Shown here: positions 1 through 11,638 of the stretch, in pieces | Layout: each line of letters opens with the position of its first letter | How positions within the stretch are numbered: position 1 is the stretch's first letter | Assembly (NCBI GenBank): GCA_020137815.1 | Contig: CM035362.1 | Coordinates: 3,100,001 to 3,164,000 of the forward strand | Reading direction: 5' to 3' | Length of the DNA: 64,000 nucleotides | DNA from: Hormiphora californensis | Taxonomy: Eukaryota > Animalia > Ctenophora | Position numbers and translations under genes: made by a program | Notes under the pieces: generated by a model | Database searches by the model: none | The model's input: the letters and a program-made list of their open reading frames with translations, nothing else | Told to the model about the DNA's origin: nothing

Positions 1-1148
1 CATGTGTTTTACGATTTCCTGGGTGACGAACCCGCAATCTGAACGATCCTATAGATTATAGATAATCGTCCACCTACCTACCATATAAAGATCACCCCTG
101 CACCGGGATTGGTGATGAAATCCCCTACAGTGCAGTAGGGGTGACCACCGGGAGTACATGGTTAGCGATAAACTTAGTGACTGTACCCCACAATTTGTGT
201 GCAGTGTGCGTGATGTCGTGATATATATGAGATGACACACGTCAGTCAAACCTCGATTTATACCGAACTCTTTTCGAGGGAATGCCATTTTAGATAAATT
301 TTAGATAAATCGGGGTGCCCGGTATGTCGGGGTGATATATTTTTGATCAGCCTTTAGAAATCTAAGTTTCATGCCATATAAAGCAGTTTCAATGACACAC
401 TAAGCTTTGCTTTGCCTTGTTCGACCCTCCTTCCTCGCTTTGTATAGCATGTTGGTACTTGACGTGTCTTTATTTTACCACGTCTGTCTGAATAGCAGTG
501 TGCTAAAAACAGCTGCTACGATCTGTATGCAGCTTACTCCGCGGTGAGCTGCGTTATGAGCATGGCACGAGTTGTAGGAATTCAATGAGGCGGTCGGTCG
601 CCCCTCCCCCCCGTCGGTCAACACGGCTGTATTATCATTTACCAGCTCCTAGCCTTGGGGACTCAACATGATTCAATGATGCATCGCTAAACAATATCAA
701 CTATCCAAACTCATTTCATTATTGTATATAGTAATTAGTATATTACTATTAAACCCGTTCGCCCTTCGGGCGAATTTGGGGGAAATGATAGCTGGATTAG
801 GGAACACTGACATCACCAGTCGAACTGTTGACATGCACTATCCCATCTTAAGATACGGTACCGTAAAAGGAGCTCAGGCAAGATCGCTTACTATTTCGTC
901 TGTTTGCAGTATTCAATAATCTCTGAGATTGATCATCGGTTCTCTTTACCTCCAACGTCTTGTTCGTTCTCTCTGCACTTCCTTTGGTGTTTGAGTACTC
1001 AACAAATCGTTAGTACGTTAGTGATGGTGAAATTTCTCTTAGGCATTCAGGGATTCAACAAATAAATACAAGACAAACTTAGTTAATACGAAAACTTAAA
1101 TCGTAAAAAATGTTTATGAATTCAATTTGTTATCAAATATAGATTGGC

Positions 1149-2181
1149 TTAAGCCTTGACCCAAGATTTTTCACCGGAGGGAGATTTCTTGAACTGCTTT
1201 CCCCTTCGGAGGGTGAATTTGGCGGGACTCTTGTGCTTCTTCTCCCAGGTGACACCACCACAATCTGCAAATAGGACAGTGTTACGAAATCTGCAGGAGG
1301 AAGAATTAAGTAATAAGTTTCTTAATTAACGAGAGTAAGGTATTTTTTATTATAATTTCAACAATAATTCTCGTTCATGATAGGGGCCGATTAAAAAATA
1401 AAGAGGACGTTTGACTTAGGAGGAAAGGAATTTATTTTTGTGTATTTAACGAACCTTTGACAACATTACACTTGTCCAGGGCCTGTTTAAGAGTTTTGAA
1501 ACCATGGCGTCTGCCTCCTGCATAACCGGCCAAGTAGACTCCGTTCCTTCCCCTGTAACGGGGTCGGCGTCCACCACGGCGTCCACGCTTGGGAGGGGCC
1601 ATTTTCTTCCAGGATCTCTCACCGGAGGGGGATTTCTTGAAGGTATTGCCCTTACGGAGAGTGAACTTGTCAGGTCCCTTGTGCTTCTTCTCCCAGGTGA
1701 CTCCACCACAAGCTGCAAAATTTTGTTGATTAACAATTAATTATGTATATGATTGGGAAATATTAGGGAATATTAGGGAACTGGAAAAATTATTTTTAGA
1801 CGCAACAACAGTCAAGAAGGATTTTGTTTAACCAGAGATGTTAACCCCTCGTAATATGTCTCCCATTTTTATAATATATTATAAAAATGGGAGACATATT
1901 ACGAGGGGCAATCACTAAGTGATACCAGAATCGTTATTCGTTATTTAGGCCGGAAGTCATGCCTATGACAAAAAAGTAATTCAATCACTCCAGAACAATG
2001 TCAACTCACCCTTGCGCATCCTGTTACAGGCGCCACGGGCTGCCCTCAGGCTCTTGAATCCGTGCCTCTTTCCACCAGCATAACCGGCCAGGTACTTGCC
2101 ATTGGCTCCGGCATAACGAGGGGGAGGGGGTCGTGCGGTGACAGCCGCGAGGGCGATCAGAAGGACCACCAAGAATTTCAT
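1149..2181 (-). CDS. Secreted cationic protein with two tandem Cys-pair (PAN/apple-like) domains, copy 1 (181 aa; exons 2181-2010, 1712-1455, 1264-1149)
   Basis: Signal peptide MKFLVVLLIALAAVTA. GT-AG phase-1 introns join into an open frame with two repeats of YLAGYAGG..GFK.L..A...C....CGGVTWEKKH....FTLR.G..FKKSPSGE.SW, ending SWVKA*. The fold assignment is inference. Confidence 0.85.
1845..1908. repeat. Short palindromic (hairpin) element in intron 1
   Basis: CCCCTCGTAATATGTCTCCCATTTTTATAAT/ATTATAAAAATGGGAGACATATTACGAGGGG. The same element in copy 2 is interrupted by a MITE. Confidence 0.7.
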
Positions 2182-2894
2182 CTAGATCGGGGGGTGAACG
2201 TGTTGTTAGTTTTGTTATTTTCATCTAGTATAGTATAGGGTGACACAGGATAAAGGAGGGTGAAACACTGAAACAGGGTAAAAGGAGGGTTACTGGTTAG
2301 TATAACTTAGTTGTCAAATGTAAACGTTGGGCAAATGAGGCATTTTCAAATGAGGGGTTTGGGACTAAAAGGACGATAGACAAGTCAGGACAAGAGCATA
2401 TATTGCACTGCACTCTACTAATTATATAAACCATGCAGCAAACTTGTTGCATCAACTGAATAGCAGAGTTAAGTGCAGTATGTTTTATACACATCCTCTT
2501 GTGCCAGAGACTTTTAGTATACGTGTCAGTTAGTTAGTGTTAGTGTGGTGTGGCAGGTGAGAAGAAGCCCGACCGGTTAAGGGACCCTTCAAGGGGCCCT
2601 TTAAGGGACTCTTTAAGGGACCCTAGAAAGTTAATGGACCCTAGAAACTAAAAAGTTAAGGGACCCTTTAAGGGTTAAGGGACCCAGAGACTTTTACACG
2701 TGTCAGACGTCAGTTTTCAACATCTGTTGACAATATTAGTGTGCTGTTACAAAATAATACCAGATTATAAAATTATTATAAAATCTCGTATTATTTTGTA
2801 ACCAGCTCCATAATCCTGATTCTGTCGAGTACTTTACCAGGAATCCCTTCCAAATCAAAGGTAAGTGTACTGTTATGTACAGTTATTCCTGACA

Positions 2895-3110
2895 TTTCTC
2901 TTGAGAACCGTGGTCACTGGTCAGAGCATTGGCCCGACCCTATATTCTCATTTCTCTTGAGAACCATGGTCACTGGTCAGAGCATTGGCCCGACCCTATA
3001 TTCTCATTTCTCGCGAGAACCATGGTCACTGGTCAGAGCATTGGCCCGACCCTATAATCTCATTTCTCGCGAGAACCGTGGTCACTGGTCAGAGCATTGG
3101 CCCGACCCTA
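2895..3110. repeat. ~56-bp tandem repeat x4 (GAGAACCGTGGTCACTGGTCAGAGCATTGGCCCGACCCTA), with related copies near 8895-9000 and 59398-59472
   Basis: Direct repeats visible in the sequence. Confidence 0.8.
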
Positions 3111-3229
3111 TGGGGGAAAACAGTCGTGCCTGAACCTCAAGTGCCCGGAGAGGGCAAAGGTGTCAGTTTGACAACAAAAGTGGTCACCCTTCCAGCCAAC
3201 TAATTTCTGTTAGTTTTTGGCATAATAGA

Positions 3230-4920
3230 TTTACAGGGGGTTGGTTTTAAAAGGGGGGGGTTGTTTTTTTATTTAAGATTTAAATTTTAGCCCCCAAAAT
3301 AGATGGTCTTGGGTTTTTTGGGGTTTAAAAAAAAGAGGGGGTGGTGGTTGAAGAATGTTAGGGGGGGTTTTGTTTAGGGGGGGGTTTTGGGGGGAAAAAA
3401 AATTTTTTAAAAACAATAAAATTATTTAGTTTTTAAACCGGGGGTCAAAAAAAAAAAAATTTAAACCTTTTAAATTTTTCAGAAAACCCCGGGGGGGGGG
3501 GGCCCAAACGGGGGGGGGTCCACGGGTCCACGGGGGGGCCCCGGGGTCCCGGGGGGCCACCCCCCAGGGGATTTTTTGGGGGGTTGGGGGGTTTTTCCCC
3601 CGGGGGGGGGTTTTTTTTTCCCCCACCCCCTTTAACCCTTTCCCCGGGTTTTTTTAAAGGGGGTTTTTTTTTGGGGTTTTGGAAGGGGAAAAATCCCCCT
3701 TTTTTCCCCCAAAGGACCCCCAACAAAATTTCAAAAACCCCTTTTTTCCCAAAAAGGGGGCGAAAAAAATTTTTCCCAAAGGAAATCTTGGAAATTTTTT
3801 TTGAGAAAAAAAAAATACAAAGGAAGGGGGGCCAAAAGGCAAAGCCCCGAAAAAAATAAAAAAAACCCCTTATTACGCAGAGGGTTTAGGTCTTGAAAAT
3901 TCCCCCCTTCCCCCCCCCCAAAAAAAAAAAGGGCATTTTTAAATTTGGGAAAAAAAACGGCCTTTAAAAAAAACCCCCCACGAAGAAGACCCCCAAAATT
4001 TTATTTGTCGGGAATTTAATTAAATTTAAATTTTGTTATATTCAAAAAAAAATTTTTTCCGGGGGGGGGTTCTCCCTTTCCCCCCCCCTCCTTTTTTTTA
4101 AACCCCTTTTAAAAAAAAAAAAAAAAAAACACCCCCCCCCTTCCCCCCTTTTTTCCCCCCCCCCAAAGGGGGGGGGGGTTTTCCCTTTTCCCCTCCCCTC
4201 TCTTTTTTATCCCCCTTTCCCCTTTTCCCCTTCCCCCCTCTTTTTCCCCACCCCCATCCCCCCCCCTTTTCCCCTTTCCCCCCACCCCCCCCCTTTTCCC
4301 CCCTCCCCCCCTCCCCCCCCCCCACCCCGGGGAGGGGGAACCCCCTTTTATTTTCCCCCCCGGGGGGGGGGGGGAAAAGGGCCCCTTTTTTTTTTAAAAA
4401 AAAAAAAAAAAAAGGGCTTTTTCCCGGGGGGGGCCCCTTCCCCCGGGCTCGGCGGCCCCCAAATCGGGTTTTTTCTTTCCTTTTCCCTTTTTCCCCCCTT
4501 CCCCCTTTTTTTTTTGGGTTTTCGTTTTAAAAAAAGGGGAAAATTTTTTTTCCCCCTTCCTTTTTTTTTGGCCCGTTTTTTGGGGCTTGGGGGAAAGAAA
4601 ATTTTAAAGGGGTTTCCCCCGGGAATGTTTCAATTTTTAAAAATTTTTTTTTAAATTTGGAAAAAAAATCCCTAAAAAAAATTAAAAAAAAAAAAGGGAT
4701 TTTTAAAAAAGGGGGTTTTTTTAAAAAACCCAAAAAGGGTGGGGTTAAAACAACCCCCCGGGTGGTTTTCCCCCCAAAAAAAAACCCCCCCCCCTTTTTT
4801 TTCCCAAAATTTTTCCCCCAAAAAATTTTTTTCAACTTCCCCCTTTTTAAACAATTTTTTTTGGGCAAAAAGAAAAAATTTTAGAAAAGGGAAAAAGGGG
4901 GGAAAAAAAAAAATGGGAAG
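3230..4920. other. Low-quality, homopolymer-inflated assembly segment
   Basis: Made almost entirely of long A/T/G/C runs. Its ORFs (K/G/F/P-rich) are artefacts. Confidence 0.9.
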
Positions 4921-4923
4921 TTC

Positions 4924-5572
4924 ATGGCTACTGGTATAGAGGAACCTTCCCTCGTTAGCTCTACGGGAAACTATCTAGAACAAGTGGACGATTTCGTTTA
5001 CCTTGGTGCCCACCTTAAATCGACGGAGAAGGATTTTAACATTAGGAAGGCTAAGGCCTGGGCATCCTGTCATAGACTCAAAGGAATATGGAAAACTGAC
5101 CTGAGAAGGAGCATTAAGGTAAACCTGTTCCGTACTACTGTAGAAGCCATTCTATTATACGGCGCTGAAACGTGGACCCTTACATCTACTATGGAGAAAC
5201 AATTGGATGGTTGTTATAGTAGGATGCTACGAATGGCGCTTGGCATCAACTGGTGGGATAGGGTCTCTAATGAGGAAGTCTTCCAGAATGTCCCCAGAGT
5301 TTCTGAGACTGTGAGGACTCGTAGACTTAGGCTGGCTGGACATGTCCACAGACACGAGGAGCTAACAGCTCACCAACTGCTGTTTTGGGAACCTGATAGG
5401 GGCTCTAGAAGCCGGGGTAGACCCAAGAAAACCTATATTAACCAGCTCAGGGAGGATACTGGCCTATCTAATGATGGCGATATCAAGAGGCTAATGGAAG
5501 ATCGTGTGCTGTGGCGGACCGAACTGACTGCTCGGACAATGAAGCCGCCTTAAGTCAAAAGTAAGTAAGTCA
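4924..5572 (+). mobile_element. 3' end of an RTE-clade non-LTR retrotransposon (C-terminal part of the RT ORF plus short-repeat tail)
   Basis: ORF motifs LEQVDDFVYLG, LLYGAETWTL, RRLRLAGHVHR and RGRPKKT are typical of RTE ORF C-termini. The ORF is followed by a TAAG-repeat tail. Confidence 0.85.
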
Positions 5573-6061
5573 AATTAGGGAACACTGATATCACCAGTCG
5601 AACTGTTGAGTGTTGACATGCACTATCCCATCTTAAGTTACGGTACCGTAAAAGCAGCTCAGGCGGGATCGCTGCGAGAACATCAGATGATGATCACCCC
5701 CGTGCTTGAGTCCCGTGTCGGAGAAAGTGTAATATACACAACCCCCTTGAAGATGATGATCAGGCGATCAAAGTGATAAAAGAACTTACTATTTCGTCTG
5801 TTTGCAGTATTCATCTCTGAGATTGATCATCGGTTCTGTTTACCTCCAACGTCTTGTTCGTTCTCTCTGCACTTCTTTGGGTGTTTTAGTTGCTGATGAT
5901 TTTTTGAGTACTCAACAAATCAGGAGTACGTTAGTGATGGTGAAATTTCTCTTAGGCATTCAGGGATTCGACAAATAAATACAAGACAAACTTAGTTAAT
6001 ACGAAAACTTTAATCGTAAAAAATGTTTATGAATTCAATTTGTTATCAAATATAGATTGAC

Positions 6062-8063
6062 TTAAGCCTTGACCCAAGATTTTTCACCGGAGGGAGATTT
6101 CTTGAACTGCTTTCCCCTTCGGAGGGTGAATTTGGCGGGACTCTTGTGCTTCTTCTCCCATGTAACTCCACCACAATCTGCAAATAGGACAGTGTTACGA
6201 AATCTGCACGAGGAAGAATTAAGTAATACGTTTCTTAATTAACGAGAGTAAGATATTTTTTATTATAATTTCAACAATAATTCTCGTTCATGATAGGGGC
6301 CGATTAAAAAATAAAGAGGACGTTTGACTTGTGAGGCAAGGAATTTATTTTTGTGTATAACGAAGGGGGGTGCGACATGTTAATTTTGTTAACTTTGTTA
6401 ATATTAACATCGAGAAAACAGGTGATTTATTAACAAAATTAACAAAAAGTTAACAAACGTTAACAAATGCCATTTATGCCATCTAAATCACCTTTAGCGC
6501 GTGTTTTTGGTATTTAACACTTGTTCTGCGAGTAAAGTTGTTCCTTTTGCACGATTTGCACACCCCTACTAACCTCTACTACGGCTTTTCTACAGCGATT
6601 TGTTCCATTGTCTAAATTTTAATAAAAACTAGCCAAACTAAACCGCAATTGAAGTCAATTGACCCTAATCCACCTTTTTTTAACCCTAAAAACTAAATAA
6701 GACTCATGAATTTACCATAAATCAAAAATATCCCAAAAATCAACTTTTCTAAAAAAACACAAGGATTTGTAGCGAAGCAAATTTTCAATTTTTGACCAAA
6801 AAATTGATTTTGGAAATATTTTGTTTCTTTTTTCCGACAGAAACGTTGTACATCATCTTCTTTCGTTCAAAGAATCGATTATCAATGAAAAAATTACGTT
6901 AAAGTGAGATTTTATACGCTAAATTGAAATATTTGTAACTTTTGGATTTTTATCGATTTTGAGCCAAAAAACATGTATGTCAGACTTTGGTTATCGGAAG
7001 AGGCCTTGTTTGGGTATATATGTGTTAGAAAAGTCATTAAACTATAAAATTAAAACAGTTAAAGTCGTATTATCAACCAATAAGAACAGTCTTTGCTTAT
7101 TTGTTAACTTTGTTAATTTTGTTAATTAACGTTAATTAACAAAATAGAAAAAAAAGAGGTGATTTATTAACAATTAACATGTCGCACCCCCCATAACGAA
7201 CCTTTGACAACATTACACTTGTCCAGGGCCTGTTTAAGAGTTTTGAAACCATGGCGTCTGCCTCCTGCATAACCGGCCAAGTAGACTCCGTTCCTTCCCC
7301 TGTAACGGGGTCGGCGTCCACCACGGCGTCCACGCTTGGGAGGGGCCATTTTCTTCCAGGATCTCTCACCGGAGGGGGATTTCTTGAAGGTATTGCCCTT
7401 ACGGAGAGTGAACTTGTCAGGTCCCTTGTGCTTCTTCTCCCAGGTGACTCCACCACAAGCTGCAAAATTTTGTTGATTAACAATTAATTATTTATATGAT
7501 TGGGAAATATTAGGGAATATTAGGGAATTGGAAAAATTACTTTTAGACGCAACAACAGTCAAGAAGGATTTTGTTTAATAACAGAACCAGAGATGTTAAC
7601 CCCTCGTAATATGCCCTACTAAAATATAGTTCGATGCGACGCGACGCGCGATCGATGAACGATCGATAAACGATCGATATCGATCGTTTATCGATCGTTC
7701 ATCGATGGCGCGTCGCGTCGAACTATATTTTAGTAGGGTGTCTCCCATTTTTATAATATATTATAAAAATGGGAGACATATTACGAGGGGCAATCACTAA
7801 GTGATACCAGAATCGTTATTCGTTATTTAGGCCGGAAGTCATGCCTATGACAAAAAAGTAATTCAATCACTCCAGAACAATGTCAACTCACCCTTGCGCA
7901 TCCTGTTACAGGCGCCACGGGCCGCCCTCAGGCTCTTGAATCCGTGCCTCTTTCCACCGGCGTAACCGGCCAGGTACTTGCCATTGGCTCCGGCATAACG
8001 AGGGGGAGGGGGTCGTGCGGTGACAGCCGCGAGGGCGATCAGAAGGACCACCAAGAATTTCAT
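6062..8063 (-). CDS. Secreted cationic two-domain protein, copy 2 (exons 8063-7892, 7459-7202, 6177-6062)
   Basis: Near-identical to copy 1, with the same exon lengths (172/258/116 nt). Its introns are enlarged by two transposon insertions. Confidence 0.85.
6365..7192. mobile_element. Non-autonomous DNA transposon with GG-terminal TIRs and an 8-bp TSD (Merlin-like)
   Basis: TIR GGGGGGTGCGACATGTTAATT...AATTAACATGTCGCACCCCCC. TSD ATAACGAA at 6357-6364 and 7193-7200. Absent from the equivalent site in copy 1. Confidence 0.85.
7614..7738. mobile_element. Palindromic MITE with CCCTA termini and a 2-bp TG TSD (CMC/EnSpm-like)
   Basis: CCCTACTAAAATATAGTTCGA...TCGAACTATATTTTAGTAGGG. The empty site in copy 1 reads AATATGTCTCC. 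Confidence 0.8.
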
Positions 8064-9595
8064 CTAGATCGGGGGGTGAACGTGTTGTTAGTTTTGTTAT
8101 TTTCATCTAGTATAGTAGGGTGAAACAGGATAAAGGAGGGTTACTGGTTAGTACTTAGTTGTCAAATGTAAACGTTGGGCAAATGAGGCATTGTCAAATG
8201 AGGGGTTTGGGACTAAAAGGACGATAGACAAGTCTAGACACTGCACTGCACTAATTATATAAACCATGCAGCAAACTTGTTGCATCAACTGAATAGCAGA
8301 GTTAAGTGCAGTATGTTTTATACACCTCCTCTTTTCATGTGGCAGAGACTTTTAGTATACGTGTCAGACGGCAATTTGTTAGTGTGGTGTGGCAGGTTAG
8401 AAGAAGCCCGACCGGTCAAGGGACCCTTTAAGGGACCCTTTAAGGGACCCTAGAAAGTTAAGGGACCCTTTAAGGGACCATAGAAACTAAAAAGTTAAGG
8501 GACCCAGAGACTTTTACACGTGTCAGACGTCAGTTTTCAACATCTGTTGACAATATTAGTGTGCTAATCTATTAGTGTGCTAATACAATATTATAAAATT
8601 ATTATAAAATCTCGTATTATTTTGTAACCAGCTCCAGAATCCTGATTCTGTCGAGTACTTTACCAGGAATCCCTTCCAAATCAAAGGTAAGTGTACAGTT
8701 ACACGGTCGCTTGTAGTGGGAAAACGGTAATGGAAAACGAAGATACAGTAAGACGACGCGCAACCGTGGCCAATCAGTACGCTAGTACGTGCTGACACAT
8801 GAACTTTTTGCCGCGCGTTATGCAACGTGTGTGTCTCATTACTGTATTTCGCGATACCTTATTTTGACTGCAAGCAGCACTGTTATTCCTGACATTTCTC
8901 GCGAGAACCGTCGTCACTGGTGAGCTAGCATTGGCCCGACCCAATATTCTTATTGATCGCGAGAACCGTGGTCAGAGCAGTGGCCTGACCCAGAGCATTG
9001 GCAGGTGATAGAGTTATTCCAGATTCCAGGTATCCAGGTGATTCCAGGTATCCAGGTGATTCCAGGTATCCAGGTGATTCCAGGTGTCCAATTAAGCTAT
9101 AAAGGTACTTGGCATTCACTTACTGCACTTGTGGATTGGTGGTGTGCAGGTGGTGTGCTCCTGCTGACTCAGTGGCGTTGAGTGTTCTACGTCTCATAAT
9201 CGCCAGCACAGGGACAGGAAATGAAGTTTTCTCTAGATTTACGATCGGTAAAATCGTGCCAGTTTCTAATCTTTCAAAAAGTTTGATCGGATCTTTCCAA
9301 TAAATTTACAGGTATGTGTGTGTAATACCCAAGGGGTGTCCTGGTAAGTTTCATGGGAGAATTTCCAGCCACCAACACCTAGATGACTTAGGTCTTAGGG
9401 TTCTTCAAGGGTCCCTTAAATATCGAGACATGGTGTATGATAGAATGTTAGTGGGTGTTTGTGTATGTGAGGGAGGCTGGTGGTGAACAGATCTGAGCAA
9501 ATGTTTTCAATAACGAATTACTCTAGTTTATAAACTCAGGGGTCAAATATAAATCAACAATTTAATCAATTTATTAGTTAATTAATTCAGAATAT

Positions 9596-10367
9596 CTAAT
9601 CGTGGGGGGGTCCTCGGCGTCCACGGGGAGGTCCACGGCGTCCACGGGGAGGTCCACGGGGGTGTCCACGGCGTCCACGGGGAGGTCCACGGGGGTGTCC
9701 GCGGTGTCCACGGGGAGGTCCACGGGGGTGTCCACGACGTCCCTTGGGAGGGGCACCTTTCTTCCAGGATTTCTCACCGGAGGGGGATTTCTTGAAGGTA
9801 TTGCCCTTACGGAGAGTGAACTTGTCAGCTCCCTTGTGCTTCTTCTCCCAGGTTACTCCACCACAAGCTGCAAGAGAACAGTGTTACCATAATGGAAATC
9901 TTTGAATTGCATTATTCAGACTGATTTAAAGACTGCCTACAAAGGAATTACACTCCAGTAACAGATTTGGAACCGGGCGTCAGTTTCCTGATGGGAGATT
10001 CCTGATGTGAGATTCCTGATGGTAGATTCCCGATGAACCATGCTGTGCGTCATAATTTACAATGTGCAACTAAATTTACAGCTAGAATGAATGGGGAGTT
10101 GAGAAGGATTCATTGTCAGCAGTGTGCAAAAATTCTCCCATCAGGAAACTGAGTCACAAGGCACAAGACCCGCCTACAGAAATAATTCAACTCACCCTTG
10201 CGCATCCTGTTACAGGCACCGAGGGCCTCCTTCAGGCTCTTGAAACCCTTCCTCTTTCCACCAGCATAACCGGCCAGGTACTTGGCATTGGCTGCGGCAT
10301 AACGAGGGGGAGGGGGTCGTGCGGTGACAGCCGCGAGGGCGATCAGAAGGACCACCAAGAATTTCAT
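9596..10367 (-). CDS. Secreted cationic one-domain paralog with Arg/Gly/Pro/His repeat tail (147 aa; exons 10367-10196, 9867-9596)
   Basis: Same signal peptide and first domain, followed by GAPPKGRRGHPRGPPRGHRGHPRGPPRGRRGHPRGPPRGRRGPPRGRRGPPHD*. Confidence 0.85.
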
Positions 10368-10671
10368 CTAGTCGGGAAGTGTAATTGATAATTAATTTAC
10401 TGCTTATATATAGTGCAAAGAGAAAATATAATAAATGATCGCGGGAATGGGAGGTGCTCCCATTTCCCAAAACCAACAAAGTGAACGAGCAAGTTTTTTA
10501 GAACGAGAGCTGCTTCCAACAACAACAACATCTAAAGGCCTCTAAAAATTAACTGAGCTATCCTCTCACCGAGAGAAATGGTACCTTCAGCTCGCATTGG
10601 ATTACGTAATATACAGGGGCACTATAATAACACCAGCTCGGGAGACTTCTACTGTCTAGTATCTCTCTTCA

Positions 10672-10673
<2 letters not shown>

Positions 10674-10737
<64 letters not shown>

Positions 10738-10771
10738 TCACTCTTTCACTCTTTCACTCTCCCTATGAATC

Positions 10772-10852
<81 letters not shown>
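10674..10852. repeat. (CT)n microsatellites
   Basis: Direct reading. Similar (GA)n tracts lie at 22440-22545 and 45225-45372. Confidence 0.95.
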
Positions 10853-10857
<5 letters not shown>

Positions 10858-11501
10858 CTGAGCGTTGTGGTACTACTACAAGCACAACATCTGCATCATA
10901 GCTGTCATGGTCTCCCGCTGCAGTAGCAACGTGGCTACACCTTGTTCTAGCCGTTTATAATTATAAATAATCCTAGTGGATTGAGAGAATCCCTAAATGG
11001 AATCGATAATAAGGGACCAACTTAAAAAAAAAGAACCCGGGTATGTTAACCACAAGTACTCGAGTACTTTGTATCAAAAGACGTGTGAGGGTTAACTTAC
11101 CCGAACTTACCCGCACAGCACTCGTGCTGACAACCCAATCAAAATACGTATGTCTGTCGCGTGCGGGTATTTAAATACTATTTATACCCCAAACACAAAA
11201 GTACCCGAACTTTTTTGTAAGTTGCTCTGTAACATATATTATTTACCTGGTAGGCAAAGAAGTAGATTTAGTATATCTATGTTGGCTTTGCAGTATGTTT
11301 TGATCAGGCACATGGGTGGTATTTTGGTGTGCCGTGTGCAGTACAAGAAGAATGCAAAAACGTATTTTCAAGAGAAAAGTAAGAAGATTACAGCTAAATG
11401 GTTTCCATTATTTACAACAAAATGTATTATCTCCTCTCTGGTTGAACTGAACATTCCGACCCATGGAGTCCAAATTAACACTCGCATCATCAACATTGTA
11501 C

Positions 11502-11638
11502 AGTGTTTCACTTCATCAATACCAAATAAGGAGTGTGTTTCACTTCATCAACACCAAATAAGGAGTGTGTTTCACTTCATCAATACCAAATAAGGAGTGT
11601 GTTTCACTTCATCAACACCAAATAAGGAGTGTGTTTCA
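11502..11638. repeat. 31-bp minisatellite x4 in the 3' UTR of the MFS gene
   Basis: Repeat unit GTGTTTCACTTCATCAAYACCAAATAAGGAG. Confidence 0.85.

Larger units (their letters stand above)
796..10400. repeat. Tandem segmental duplication (unit 1 about 796-4100, unit 2 about 5574-10400)
   Basis: Long near-identical colinear blocks (about 796-2900 vs 5574-8930) that include introns and flanks. Confidence 0.85.

Noticed and set aside
3426-4939. K/G/F/P-rich ORFs
   Set aside because: They are translations of homopolymer-corrupted sequence.
9596-9760. Collagen-like tail in the cationic protein
   Set aside because: Gly spacing alternates between 3 and 4 (GRR/GHPR/GPPR), so it cannot form a continuous triple helix.
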